From positions 3,152,244-3,184,243 of the forward strand of contig NC_007614.1 in NCBI RefSeq assembly GCF_000196355.1: DNA of 32,000 bases, written 5' to 3'. Below are positions 22,207-31,754 of this stretch, one piece after another. The DNA is from Nitrosospira multiformis ATCC 25196. GTDB lineage: Bacteria > Pseudomonadota > Gammaproteobacteria > Burkholderiales > Nitrosomonadaceae. The notes under the pieces are model-generated. The model was not told the origin of the DNA. It saw only the letters and a list, made by a program, of their open reading frames with translations, and searched no databases. The stretch's first letter is position 1. Each line of letters starts with the position of its first letter. A program made the position numbers and the translations under genes.

Positions 22207-22857
22207 TTACTGTCCGGCACGCTTGAGCACAACCAGATGACGCTTCGCCCTCAGGCCGGGAATCGTTAGCGACAATATGTTGTCGACAATGAATGTCTCG
22301 GGTAACTGCGCAAGTTCTTCGTGAGGATATACGCCTTTCATTGCCACCAACCGCCCACAGTCAGTCCCTTGCTCCTCCCCCCGTGCACACAAATGTCCCG
22401 CGAGCTTGACGAAATCCGCCAGATCGGAAAAAGCGCGCGAAATAACGGTATTGAAGCCGGCGTTCGAGCGGACGCCTTCCATGCGCTCCCCGATGACTTC
22501 CACATTTTCAAGCCCCAATTCAATCCGCGCCTGCTGCAGGAACGCGGCTTTTTTATGATTGCTTTCCACTAGCACCACACGCCACTCCGGGCGGGCCAAC
22601 GCCACTGGGATTCCAGGAAGACCGGCGCCGCTGCCCACATCCGCAATGCGGGAGCCGCCAATGTGCGGCAGAACAGCCAGACTGTCCAGCACATGCAATG
22701 CGAGCATCGCTTCCGGTTCGCGCACTGCCGTCAGATTGTGCACCCGGTTCCATTTCTGGATGAGCGCCAGATATTGCAGGAGGCGTGCCTGATTTGATTC
22801 GGTAATAGATAGTCCCAGTGTTGCGATTCCGTCAGCCAGTTGTGTAGCCGGATTCAT
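22207..22857 (-). CDS. rsmG: 16S rRNA (guanine527-N7)-methyltransferase
   Basis: 216 aa, GidB family, with the SAM motif [14 protein letters not shown]. Its start overlaps the mnmG stop by 4 nt. Confidence 0.93.
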   Translation of the reverse strand: MNPATQLADGIATLGLSITESNQARLLQYLALIQKWNRVHNLTAVREPEAMLALHVLDSLAVLPHIGGSRIADVGSGAGLPGIPVALARPEWRVVLVESNHKKAAFLQQARIELGLENVEVIGERMEGVRSNAGFNTVISRAFSDLADFVKLAGHLCARGEEQGTDCGRLVAMKGVYPHEELAQLPETFIVDNILSLTIPGLRAKRHLVVLKRAGQ

Positions 22858-24752
22858 GCGCTTTTCTTCGTATTCGCGCTGGAAAAACCGCGCTTGACAT
22901 GGACCAGCAATAGCGAAATTGCGGCGGGCGTGATTCCGGAGATACGGGATGCCTGTCCTGCCGTTTCAGGCTTGAACTGATTAAGTTTCTGCTGAACTTC
23001 ATTCGAAAGACCGCGCACGGTTTTGTAATCCAGGTCCTGCGGCAGGCGAATGTCTTCATAATAAGCATTTCGCGCCACTTCATCTTTCTGGCGCTCGATG
23101 TATCCCTGATACTTCGCCTGGATTTCGACCTGCTCCGCCGCCGCAAGATCGACAACGGGTTCGCCTGCACCGGGCAGCGTCATGAGTTCGGCGTACGACA
23201 CATTGGGCCGGCGCAACAAGTCATGCAGAGAACACTCATGCTCGATGTTTTTCCCGATAACACGTAATGCATCGGTTTCGGAAAGACTCTTCGGGCTGAG
23301 CCACGTGGTCTTCAGCCGGTTTTGCTCTTGAGCGATAGCCTCTAGTTTGATATTGAACGCCACCCAGCGCGCGTCATTCACCACCCCTAGCCTGCGTCCG
23401 ACTTCGGTGAGGCGGAGATCGGCGTTATCCTCCCGCAATTGCAACCGGTATTCCGCACGGCTGGTGAACATGCGATAGGGTTCAGTAACACCTCGGGTAA
23501 TGAGATCGTCCACCAGGACGCCCAAATAGGCTTCATCCCGGCGCGGACACCACGGTTCCCTGTCCTGCGTTTTTAGCGCAGCGTTGATTCCCGCAAGCAA
23601 CCCCTGCGCCGCGGCCTCTTCATAACCCGTGGTGCCATTGATCTGTCCCGCGAAAAACAGGCCTTCGATCATCCTGGTTTCAAGCGAGCTTTTCAGGGCA
23701 CGCGGATCAAAATAATCATATTCGATCGCATAACCGGGTCGGGTGATATGGGCGTTCTCCAATCCTTTGATTGAGCGCACCAGTTTCACCTGCATATCGA
23801 AGGGGAGACTCGTGGAGATTCCGTTGGGATACACCTCGTGGGTCGTGAGACCCTCCGGTTCGAGAAAAATCTGATGCGATTCCTTGGCGGAAAAGCGCAC
23901 GACCTTGTCCTCGATAGAGGGACAATAACGAGGTCCGATACCCTCGATCGCACCGGAGAATAGAGGGGAGCGATCCAGGCCGCTGCGAATAATATCGTGC
24001 GTCTGACTGTTGGTATGCGTGATCCAGCAAGACACCTGCTTCGGGTGGGAAGCAGCATTGCCCATAAAGGAAAAAACGGGCACAGGCGCGTCGCCGGGTT
24101 GAGCGGCAACAGCGGAATAATCGATGGTACGGCCATCTATCCGCGGTGGGGTTCCTGTTTTCAACCGCCCGACAGGGAGCTTCAATTCGCGCAGGCGTCC
24201 CGCAAGACTATTGGATGGAAGGTCCCCCGCCCGCCCGGCTTGAAAATTTGCCGAGCCTACGTGAGCCAGGCCTGCCAGGAAGGTTCCAGCGGTAAGAATT
24301 ACAGCACGCGCGTTAAAGCGGATTCCAAGCTGTGTGACAACCCCGGCCACCCGCTCACCCTCAAGCACGAGATCGTCCACTCCTTGCTGAAACAACCAGA
24401 GATTCGGCTGACTTTCCAACCGCTGCCGGATCGCTTGGCGGTAGAGGACCCGATCAGCCTGGGCGCGTGTTGCGCGTACCGCAGGTCCTTTGCGCGAGTT
24501 GAGGATGCGAAACTGTATGCCCGCCTCATCCGCTGCCTCTGCCATCACGCCCCCAAGCGCATCGATTTCTTTGACCAGATGCCCTTTGCCGATCCCGCCT
24601 ATGGAAGGGTTGCACGACATCTGCCCCAGGGTTTCGATGTTGTGTGATAGCAATAGTGTCTTTTGCCCAATGCGAGCGGCAGCGAGCGCCGCTTCGGTAC
24701 CGGCGTGGCCACCACCTATAACTATTACATCGAATATTTCAGGAACAGTCAT
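22854..24752 (-). CDS. mnmG: tRNA uridine 5-carboxymethylaminomethyl modification enzyme MnmG (GidA)
   Basis: Starts [22 protein letters not shown] (FAD motif) and is collinear with GidA throughout. The start is at internal Met16 of the track ORF. Confidence 0.97.
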   Translation of the reverse strand: MTVPEIFDVIVIGGGHAGTEAALAAARIGQKTLLLSHNIETLGQMSCNPSIGGIGKGHLVKEIDALGGVMAEAADEAGIQFRILNSRKGPAVRATRAQADRVLYRQAIRQRLESQPNLWLFQQGVDDLVLEGERVAGVVTQLGIRFNARAVILTAGTFLAGLAHVGSANFQAGRAGDLPSNSLAGRLRELKLPVGRLKTGTPPRIDGRTIDYSAVAAQPGDAPVPVFSFMGNAASHPKQVSCWITHTNSQTHDIIRSGLDRSPLFSGAIEGIGPRYCPSIEDKVVRFSAKESHQIFLEPEGLTTHEVYPNGISTSLPFDMQVKLVRSIKGLENAHITRPGYAIEYDYFDPRALKSSLETRMIEGLFFAGQINGTTGYEEAAAQGLLAGINAALKTQDREPWCPRRDEAYLGVLVDDLITRGVTEPYRMFTSRAEYRLQLREDNADLRLTEVGRRLGVVNDARWVAFNIKLEAIAQEQNRLKTTWLSPKSLSETDALRVIGKNIEHECSLHDLLRRPNVSYAELMTLPGAGEPVVDLAAAEQVEIQAKYQGYIERQKDEVARNAYYEDIRLPQDLDYKTVRGLSNEVQQKLNQFKPETAGQASRISGITPAAISLLLVHVKRGFSSANTKKSA

Positions 24753-24863
24753 GGAAGCAATCGGGCAAAAATGAATTCGATTGAGAGTGGTGCCCATTTT
24801 ACGGCAAAACGTGGAGCCATGTAAGAATCATAAAGAGGTCTTGGGTGAAGAAACGCGATCTCT

Positions 24864-24879
24864 TGTTTCACGTGAAACA
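24864..24879. promoter_or_regulatory. parS site 1 (perfect palindrome TGTTTCACGTGAAACA)
   Basis: Exact match to the ParB/Spo0J centromere consensus TGTTNCACGTGAAACA. Confidence 0.85.
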
Positions 24880-24890
24880 GTTTTGTTTGT

Positions 24891-24906
24891 TGTTCCACGT
24901 GAAACA
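24891..24906. promoter_or_regulatory. parS site 2 (TGTTCCACGTGAAACA)
   Basis: Matches the TGTTNCACGTGAAACA consensus. It lies 11 bp after site 1 and 6 bp (24907-24912) from the IS left end. Confidence 0.85.
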
Positions 24907-24986
24907 ACCACCAGGCGTAGGACCTATTAATTTTGGAATTCACGGAAGTGAGAGGATGTGATTCACTTATGGCAGGAGGAGTTGCC

Positions 24987-25739
24987 ATGAGTGATCTTTT
25001 CATGCTTTCAGAGAAACAATTCAACCGCATAAAGCCTTATTTTCCCTTGTCCCATGGAGTGCCGCGTGTGGACGATCTGCGGGTGATCAGGGGAACCATC
25101 CATGTCATTCGGGATGGTCTGCAATGGAAGGACGCTCCCGAAGGCTACGGCCCACACAAGACGCTCTATAATCGCTTCATGCGCTGGAGCAAGATGGGCA
25201 TATTCAACCGTATTTTTGCGGAACTGGCCGGCAAAGAGGAAATGCCGGACCGGCTGATGATTGACGCCACGCATCTCAAGGCGCACCGTACGGCAGCCAG
25301 CCTTTTAAAAAAGGGGATGTTCCCCGCCGTATCGGTCGCACAAAGGGCGGCTTGAATTCAAAGCTCCATGCCGTGTGCGATGGTAGGGGCAAGCCTGTTG
25401 CCCTGCTGCTCTCCGAAGGTCAGATGAGCGATTACAAGGGTGCTGCCCTGTTGTTGCCTGCCCTGCCCAAGGCAAAAGAGTTGCGGGGGGATCGCGGCTA
25501 TGATGCTGACTGGTTCAGGGCAGCCCTCAGACAAAAGGGTATTACGGCCTGCATTTCCCCAAAGAAGAACCGTAAAACCCGGCTCAAATACGACAGGGAA
25601 CTCTACAAGCGACGCCACAGGTGGAAAACATCACAGGCTCAAGGATTGGCGGCGCATTGCCATGCGTTATGACCGCTGCGCCCACACCTTCTTCTCCGCC
25701 ATCTGTATCGCAGCTACCGTCATCTTCTATCTCAATTAA
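24987..25739 (+). pseudogene. IS5-family DDE transposase (orfA/orfB with a -1 frameshift site, plus an extra frame break near the catalytic E)
   Basis: orfA is MSDLFMLSEKQFNRIKPYFP...DATHLKAHRTAASLLKKG. The -1 frame continues DVPRRIGRTKGGLNSKLHAVCDG...GDRGYDADWFR...YKRRHR. The expected VENI..RLKDWRRIAMRYDR is then spread over two further frames at 25619-25636. Confidence 0.75.
25307..25313 (+). promoter_or_regulatory. A AAA AAG slippery heptamer (programmed -1 ribosomal frameshift site of the transposase)
   Basis: The zero frame reads tt-A AAA AAG-ggg. A -1 slip joins orfA to the frame of track ORF 25352..25672. Confidence 0.7.
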
Positions 25740-26079
25740 TGAGTCCTGAGCCTAACAGGAAATCCACAGGGGAAGTCGACAGGCGAGGGAATTACCCACC
25801 AATGACCAAGTACCGAAATGATTGGGGGAAGAGGCTAGAAGATCCTGCCGCTAATTGAGCATCGTCAGTCGCCGAGTGTCGGAATCGGCGTGCAGCATGA
25901 TGCGCGACTGTCATCAATCCACCCGCCGCTTTAACCAGCAGCCAGGAATTGCTGAAGCCTGTCCGGCAACGCCGATCCAGGACGGCTGCAAATACAATAC
26001 CAGGAGCTGATTGCCATAGAACACATATAGCGTGGATAAGAATCATGGAGAGGTCTTGTGGTGAAGAAACCGGTTTCTT

Positions 26080-26095
26080 TGTTTCACGTGAAACA
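26080..26095. promoter_or_regulatory. parS site 3 (perfect palindrome TGTTTCACGTGAAACA)
   Basis: Exact consensus, located in unit 2 of the tandem repeat. Confidence 0.85.
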
Positions 26096-27655
26096 ACAGC
26101 TAATGGGAAATGCGCAGGGAGAAGTCAAAAGGCGAGGGAATTACCCCTAATAACCAAGTACCGAAACGATTGAGGAAGAGGCTAGAAGATCCTGCCGCTA
26201 ATTGAGCATCGTCAGTCGCCGAGTGTCCGAATCGGCGTGCAGCATGATGCGCGACTGTCATCAATCCACCCGCCGCTTTAACCAGCAGCGTCCGATCCAG
26301 TAAGGGTGCAAATACAATACCGCCAGTTGCCCGCTCGAAACCCATACAGGGGGGGGTAGAAACGTTAATGGCCTTGGTAGATTGCCTTACCCCGCCTTAA
26401 AATTGAACATATTTCGATCTGCACTAGCCACTCAAGCTTCTTGTTCAATTGCTGTGGCCTCTCCAGCCTCTCCATTGAGATGGAATTCCAGCCTATACCC
26501 ATGCCTTAACTCATCCAAAATAATCGATTACAGAGCTCCTACGCTTGCCGCTTTTTTGTGCAACTGATGAATATTTCCTTTAATCCGAGCGGATGGAGGT
26601 AATTATGGAGCACCTCGCTCTCCCGGAGAGTCAGGTTATGCTTCCGGACAGTTCGAAGCTGTACTCACCATCGCTTATCGCTATCGAAGCGATGCATTAG
26701 ACGGAATCTATCGACCAAACAAATCCTGGGGCTTCCATGCATCTAATCTCTGATGCGTTGAAGGCCAGGACGAACTCGACAGAGCTTGTGAACCAAGCAG
26801 TGAAACACTCACGAGTGAGCTTCTGCATTGCCAGGATACTCATCCACGGGTGCTCCCGTTTCTCCCTGGGGGTAGCCTAACCCGCCACCTATGATCGAAA
26901 TTGTTCAACAACGGGATGCGACGAATTGCACGTTCGGATCTTCACGACCTAGGTACAAGAGAGGCGGCCTCTATTTGCGCCCTATTCACATACACCCATT
27001 GCTACCCATTACTGCTCACCACGTTGCCGCCAAATCGTCGCTCCCCACCGCTTCAACGGCAGAAACTCAATTATTTCTGCGTTAACTTCTACCATCCGGG
27101 CAACCTTCCCCCGAAATTGGTCTGAAAAAACAGATTCCAGAGGTTTATGTGCCTCCCCCGGTCCCTTTCCGGTCGTCCGGAATATTCCGATCGTCGTAAG
27201 GGGGCAAGTACCAAATGGATTTGAGAGTTCGATGAGTTAACAACCGGCTTGCATGCTTACCCACACACCAACTCACCTCCAAACCCTACCATGCTGATAC
27301 CCCTGGCAGTGACACCCTTCGGAGCATCTCGCAGTAAATCTGCTTCTCACGTTTACATCGCGATAATCCCTCCTCGCCTTGGAGTACCGGCAACTTGAGC
27401 GAAAATTTGCTCCTGTTGGCCTTCTCCTATTTTTTTAAGACTTGTTCCCAAGAAGGTGGAAGCCTGTACTTTTAAGAAATATGTACTACCATGAAATTAA
27501 TCCACGCTACGGAGCGCTCCACTTCTGGCTTCGATAAAAAAGCCGCATATATAGGCCGTGCTTGAACTGGGGCTATCCGCTGCACAGGATGGATTGCAAT
27601 CTACACAGCTAATCAAGTTCGATAACGCAGAAAATCTGATGAGAAGGAGGCGAAG

Positions 27656-27946
27656 ATGAATCTACACTCGAGTGGCAGGGCAAACTGGTTGTTCAGCGGA
27701 CTCGCGCTCGGCGCGCTCACCATGTTTCTCCTTGATCCCGCTAAAGGAAGACGGCGCCGTGCGTTGGCAAGAGACAAGATACACAGCGCTGGCATTAAAA
27801 CTCGTAAGCGCATCGATGCAAAGTCACGCGACTTGGCCAACCGGGCGAAAGGACTGCGCGCCGAGGCACGCCATATGATGTCCAGCGGCAATAACCGGGA
27901 TAACCGGGGCGAGAACAAGTCAAGCGAGAGCCAGCCTGAAACTTGA
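27656..27946 (+). CDS. small basic membrane-anchored protein with an LDPxxGRRRRAL motif
   Basis: A strong SD (GAAGGAGG) lies 5-6 nt upstream of the ATG. One N-terminal TM segment (WLFSGLALGALTMFLL) is followed by DPAKGRRRRALARDK, a motif I recall at the N-termini of YtxH/BON-associated stress proteins. Confidence 0.6.
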   Translation: MNLHSSGRANWLFSGLALGALTMFLLDPAKGRRRRALARDKIHSAGIKTRKRIDAKSRDLANRAKGLRAEARHMMSSGNNRDNRGENKSSESQPET

Positions 27947-27979
27947 GCGGAAGGATCTGCCCGGAAACGAGAGGTTCTG

Positions 27980-29338
27980 CTACTTTCCTATGCAGAAGCG
28001 GGAAAAAATTTCGCCCAGCAGGTCGTCGGCGCTGAATTCACCGGTAATCGAAGATAAAGCCAGTTGGGCAAGGCGCAGTTCCTCAGCAAAAAGCTCGACC
28101 TGATCCAGGCTGTTTGCCAGCGCACAAGCAGCCTCAAGATGGGTTCGGGCAGCTGTCAATGCAGAAAGATGACGCTGGCGCGCCATGAAGGCTCCTTCTC
28201 CTGTTGATGGCTGCCATCCTATCATTTCCAGCAATCCTTGCTGGAGGGATCCGATGCCCGCCCCCGTTTTAGCGGAAACCCAGATATCTGCAGTAGCTGT
28301 AGCGGTGGAGACAGTGGAATTCGGGGGAGATTCGAGCAGGTCGGTTTTGTTATGGACGACAATGAGCCGCAAACCCGGGGGAAGCGACGCGAGTATGGCC
28401 TGATCTTCTGGCGTTATTCCCACTCGGCTATCCACAAGCAGCAGGACGATACTTGCTTTATCGATCGTGGAGCGTGTCCGCGCCATACCCATTTTTTCGA
28501 TCGCATCTTCCGTCTCCCTCAAGCCGGCGGTATCCAGCAGATGCATGGGCACACCTTCAATCTCTATGACCTGCCGGATAACGTCCCGTGTCGTGCCCGG
28601 GACCTCCGTAACGAGAGCCACTTCTTCTCCGGCGAGTCGATTCAGGAGGCTCGATTTTCCCACATTCGGCTGTCCGACCAAAGCAATCCATATTCCTTCT
28701 CGCAGCAGGCTACCTTGCCGCGCCGCGCTGAAAACCTGTTCAAGCTGTTGCCGGATGTGCTCCAATCTGAATTCCAGTTCCCTTCCAGAAATGAACTCAA
28801 TTTCTTCTTCTGAAAAATCAAGTGAAGCCTCGACAAGCATTCGCAGGTCAGTAAGTGCTTGCACTGAAGTATGAATAGCGTTGGAAAATTCGCCTTGAAG
28901 GGAACGGATGGCGCAGCGGGCGGCTTCCTCGGTACTGGCGTCAATAAGGTCTGCCACGCTTTCAGCCTGCGCCAGATCAAGCTTGTTATTCAGGAATGCA
29001 CGCAAGGTAAACTCCCCGGGTTGCGCCAGTCGCGCACCAGCGGAAAGGCAACTTGCCAGCAACAGGTTCATGACTGCAGGGCCGCCGTGTCCTTGCAGTT
29101 CCAGAACCTCTTCTCCGGTATAGGACTGGGGAGCGGGAAAGTAGAGGGCTATGCCCTGATCGATAACGCGATCATTTTCGTCGCGAAATCGGGTGAGGCT
29201 GGCGCGCCGGGGTTCCGGCACGCAGCCTGCGACCTTGAGAGCAAGCGATTGCAGGTTTCTGCCGGAAACACGCACCACCCCGATACCTCCCCGACCCGGA
29301 GGCGTTGCAATCGCGGCAATCACATCAGAACGGGTCAT
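27980..29338 (-). CDS. mnmE: tRNA modification GTPase MnmE (TrmE)
   Basis: MTRSDVIAAIATPPGRGGIGVVRVSG..., G-domain motifs GQPNVGKSSLLN and DTAGLR, and the C-terminal CIGK. The track ORF extends to a TTG at 29356. Confidence 0.96.
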   Translation of the reverse strand: MTRSDVIAAIATPPGRGGIGVVRVSGRNLQSLALKVAGCVPEPRRASLTRFRDENDRVIDQGIALYFPAPQSYTGEEVLELQGHGGPAVMNLLLASCLSAGARLAQPGEFTLRAFLNNKLDLAQAESVADLIDASTEEAARCAIRSLQGEFSNAIHTSVQALTDLRMLVEASLDFSEEEIEFISGRELEFRLEHIRQQLEQVFSAARQGSLLREGIWIALVGQPNVGKSSLLNRLAGEEVALVTEVPGTTRDVIRQVIEIEGVPMHLLDTAGLRETEDAIEKMGMARTRSTIDKASIVLLLVDSRVGITPEDQAILASLPPGLRLIVVHNKTDLLESPPNSTVSTATATADIWVSAKTGAGIGSLQQGLLEMIGWQPSTGEGAFMARQRHLSALTAARTHLEAACALANSLDQVELFAEELRLAQLALSSITGEFSADDLLGEIFSRFCIGK

Positions 29339-29412
29339 CCTGAGTTCGAATGCCAACCTCGCTTATGAAGACGGGAAGAGAGGGGAGTCGGGTCCGGCAA
29401 TTCCCCTGATCA

Positions 29413-31122
29413 CTAATTTGCTTTCTTCTGCTTGCTCGTATTTGCGGCCGAACCTTCGATCATGCGCGTGATCTGCCACTGCTGCGCGATGGAAAGCACG
29501 TTGTTTACCAGGGAATACAGCACCAGGCCTGCGGGGAAGAAGAAAAAGAAAACGCTGAATGCCAAAGGCATGATCTGCATAACTCTCGCCTGGATGGGAT
29601 CGGTCGCCGGGGGGCTGAGCCGCTGTTGCAGGAACATGGAAATACCCATGATTACCGGCAGCACATAATAGGGATCGGGTGCGGAAAGATCCTCTATCCA
29701 CAACGCAAAAGACGCGTAGCGCAATTCCACGCTCGAGAGCAGTACCCAGTACAGCGAAATGAATACCGGAATCTGCACCAGGATGGGCAAACAGCCTCCC
29801 ATCGGGTTGATTTTTTCCGTTTTATAAAAATCCATCATGGCCTGGTGCATGCGCTGCCGGTCATTCCCGTGTTGCTCCCGCAAACGCTGGAGCTTGGGCG
29901 TCACTAAACGCAACTTCGCCATCGAGCGGTAACCTGCCGCAGACAGGGGAAAGAATGCAAGCTTGACCGACATGGTGAGGAGGATGATTGCCACTCCCCA
30001 ATTTCCAGTCCAGGAGTGAAACAACGACAACAGCCAGAACAATGGCGCGCCGATCACCGTCAACCAGCCGTAATCGACAACGAGATCGAGACCCGGCGCG
30101 ATCGACGCAAGCTTGCTTTGCTCTTCCGGTCCCGCATAGAGCGGGACCGTGACAGTGGCGCTACTGCCGGGTTCTATCTGGCCTACCGGTACGATTACAC
30201 CGGCGGTATATTCGTTTTCTCCAAGACGTTTCGCGTAATATTCACGCGGCAGCTTGTCCTTGGGTAGCCAGGCGGCGAGGAAGTACTGCTGCAGCATGGC
30301 AATCCAGCCGTTGTCCGCATTCTTGGGATAGCTGGCATTGCCCTTGTCCAGCGCGGAAAACTCGATCTTCCTGAATTTTTCCTCTTCAGTATAAAGCGCC
30401 GCCCCGGTATAGGTTGGGACCATGAAGAACGAACCCACGGGAGGCCGGCTGTCGCGCAGCATCTGGAAGTAGGAAAACGGCTGGATGGCGGCGTTCCGTT
30501 GATTGGCGACCTCGAAACTCACATCGATGAGATAGCTCCCCCGATGAAACGTGTATATTTTAGTCACTTGTACGCCGTCGACCTCCGGCGCGCTCAACCG
30601 TATCTGGATTTTATCCTGCCCGGCTGCCAGCTCGTATGCACCCGGCTCCGCCGTAAAACGCGTCTTGTGGGTCGGTAAACCTTCACCGATCAATCCGGAT
30701 TGCGCTATGTAGACGCGTTCGGGATCGCTTTCCAGTAATGCGAAAGGCTTGTTTTTATCCTCCTTGGAAGGCTGATGCAGCAACTCGAGGCGGCGAATAT
30801 CGCCCCCTGCGGTGTCGATTTCCGCCAGCACCATGTCGGTCTTGATCGTGATTTTATCCCCGGATTCCAGCTTGCCCGCCGCCCTGACAGGAGCACCGTT
30901 TTCCGCGGTCGAGCCTCTTTGCGGAACTGATGAAGCAAGCTGATCTCCTGGCACCGGAGTCTCGGCGGTACCTGCAGTACCTGTATTGGCCTGCGTTTCT
31001 GTGCCCTGCACGGCCGTTTTCGGCCCCTGGGTTGCAGGATATTGTTCTTTCTGCCACGCATCCCACAGGAATAACAGCGATGTGGCAAAAATCAGGAAGA
31101 GTACGAATCTTTGTGTATCCAT
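29413..31122 (-). CDS. yidC: membrane protein insertase YidC
   Basis: 569 aa with an N-terminal TM segment, a large periplasmic domain and the conserved C-terminal 5-TM core (GCLPILVQIPVFISLYWVL). Confidence 0.97.
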   Translation of the reverse strand: MDTQRFVLFLIFATSLLFLWDAWQKEQYPATQGPKTAVQGTETQANTGTAGTAETPVPGDQLASSVPQRGSTAENGAPVRAAGKLESGDKITIKTDMVLAEIDTAGGDIRRLELLHQPSKEDKNKPFALLESDPERVYIAQSGLIGEGLPTHKTRFTAEPGAYELAAGQDKIQIRLSAPEVDGVQVTKIYTFHRGSYLIDVSFEVANQRNAAIQPFSYFQMLRDSRPPVGSFFMVPTYTGAALYTEEEKFRKIEFSALDKGNASYPKNADNGWIAMLQQYFLAAWLPKDKLPREYYAKRLGENEYTAGVIVPVGQIEPGSSATVTVPLYAGPEEQSKLASIAPGLDLVVDYGWLTVIGAPLFWLLSLFHSWTGNWGVAIILLTMSVKLAFFPLSAAGYRSMAKLRLVTPKLQRLREQHGNDRQRMHQAMMDFYKTEKINPMGGCLPILVQIPVFISLYWVLLSSVELRYASFALWIEDLSAPDPYYVLPVIMGISMFLQQRLSPPATDPIQARVMQIMPLAFSVFFFFFPAGLVLYSLVNNVLSIAQQWQITRMIEGSAANTSKQKKAN

Positions 31123-31173
31123 CTTGCTCTGCGAGTTATTTTTTTACGACAGATAAAAACCGTCCAGAAACAT

Positions 31174-31398
31174 TCAACGGAAGGGTTCCGCAGGAACGGG
31201 GTCATATCCTCCCCGGCTCCAGGGATTGCATCGCATTATCCTCCAGACGCTCAGAACGAGTCCTCGCGTCGCCCCATGCCGGGCAAGCGCTTCACAGGCG
31301 TAATGCGAACAAGACGGACTGAACCGGCATGAGGGTCCAAGGAAAGGACTCAGGCAGTATTGATAGAGCCTGATAAACGCAATAATCATTCGCGACAT
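31174..31398 (-). CDS. yidD: membrane protein insertion efficiency factor YidD
   Basis: [42 protein letters not shown]...[14 protein letters not shown]. Start at internal Met25, overlapping the rnpA 3-prime end by 13 nt. Confidence 0.88.
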   Translation of the reverse strand: MSRMIIAFIRLYQYCLSPFLGPSCRFSPSCSHYACEALARHGATRGLVLSVWRIMRCNPWSRGGYDPVPAEPFR

Positions 31399-31733
31399 TG
31401 CTGCAATCGAATCATGAGACGCCGTGCTTCGTCCGCCAACTGCACCGGACTGCGATCGCTGGCACGGCAACGCAGACGCATCACCAGATCAAGGCCCGCC
31501 ATATCCTCCTGGCGGGCACGAAACACTTCCCGCAGCACCCGTTTCACCCGGTTCCGGTTTACGGCAAGTCGTTCGATTTTACCTGCCACTATCAATCCCA
31601 ACCTGGAATGTAATAAACCGTTGGGCTTAGCGAAAACCTGAAGCAATTCACCGCCTATGGAACACCTGAACCGGATGACCGAGGAAAATTCTTCTGCCTT
31701 ATGCAGGCGATGAGTTTTAGGAAAACGAATAAT
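31386..31733 (-). CDS. rnpA: ribonuclease P protein component (start codon uncertain)
   Basis: The track ORF starts at the TTG at 31646. The same frame upstream encodes the conserved RnpA N-terminus [25 protein letters not shown]. No ATG, GTG or TTG lies between the rpmH stop and that motif. The 5-prime end is placed at the first ATT (31733) as a guess. Confidence 0.75.
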   Translation of the reverse strand: MIRFPKTHRLHKAEEFSSVIRFRCSIGGELLQVFAKPNGLLHSRLGLIVAGKIERLAVNRNRVKRVLREVFRARQEDMAGLDLVMRLRCRASDRSPVQLADEARRLMIRLQQCRE

Positions 31734-31754
31734 AGGGTCCCCGGGTTGCGTACG

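Larger units (their letters stand above)
24913..25753 (+). mobile_element. IS5-family insertion sequence (IS427/IS1031-like, ~841 bp)
   Basis: Imperfect 20-bp terminal inverted repeats match 16/20: AGGCGTAGGACCTATTAATT at 24913-24932, and the reverse complement of 25734-25753. A two-frame transposase lies inside. The element interrupts unit 1 of the tandem repeat relative to the uninterrupted unit 2. No clear target-site duplication is visible. Confidence 0.8.
24810..26345. repeat. two-unit tandem duplication (unit ~379 bp without the IS, and ~317 bp) carrying the parS sites
   Basis: Unit 1 is 24810-24912 plus 25754-26030, interrupted by the IS. Unit 2 is 26031-26345. Shared blocks are CGTGGA..TAAGAATCAT..AGAGGTCTTG.GTGAAGAAAC, the parS site, and a ~160-bp core (25782-25941 versus 26131-26288). 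Within that core, the last ~109 bp differ at a single base. Confidence 0.85.

Noticed and set aside
24864-24906. CACGTG-centred palindromes considered as transcription-factor operators (CRP/FNR-like or E-box-like).
   Set aside because: The full 16-mers match the ParB parS consensus TGTTNCACGTGAAACA exactly and sit next to parAB, which is the simpler explanation.
25792-26345. Minus-strand ORFs 25792..26046 (84 aa) and 26100..26345 (81 aa) in the tandem repeat, considered as a duplicated small-protein gene.
   Set aside because: The N-termini are unrelated. A 1-nt indel puts the C-termini in different frames. The only substitution in the shared part is non-synonymous, and I saw no RBS. They are kept as an unexplained conserved core rather than called CDS.
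24810-26345. Repeats checked as a possible CRISPR array.
   Set aside because: There are only two long (>300 bp) units with no short repeat-spacer periodicity and no cas genes.
26346-27655. ORF-free region considered as oriC because of its proximity to mnmG (gidA) and parS.
   Set aside because: Only 7/9 DnaA-box approximations were seen (for example TAATCCACG, TCATCCACG). There is no cluster of consensus boxes and no clear DUE repeats. The one perfect box is at 31984, near rpmH.
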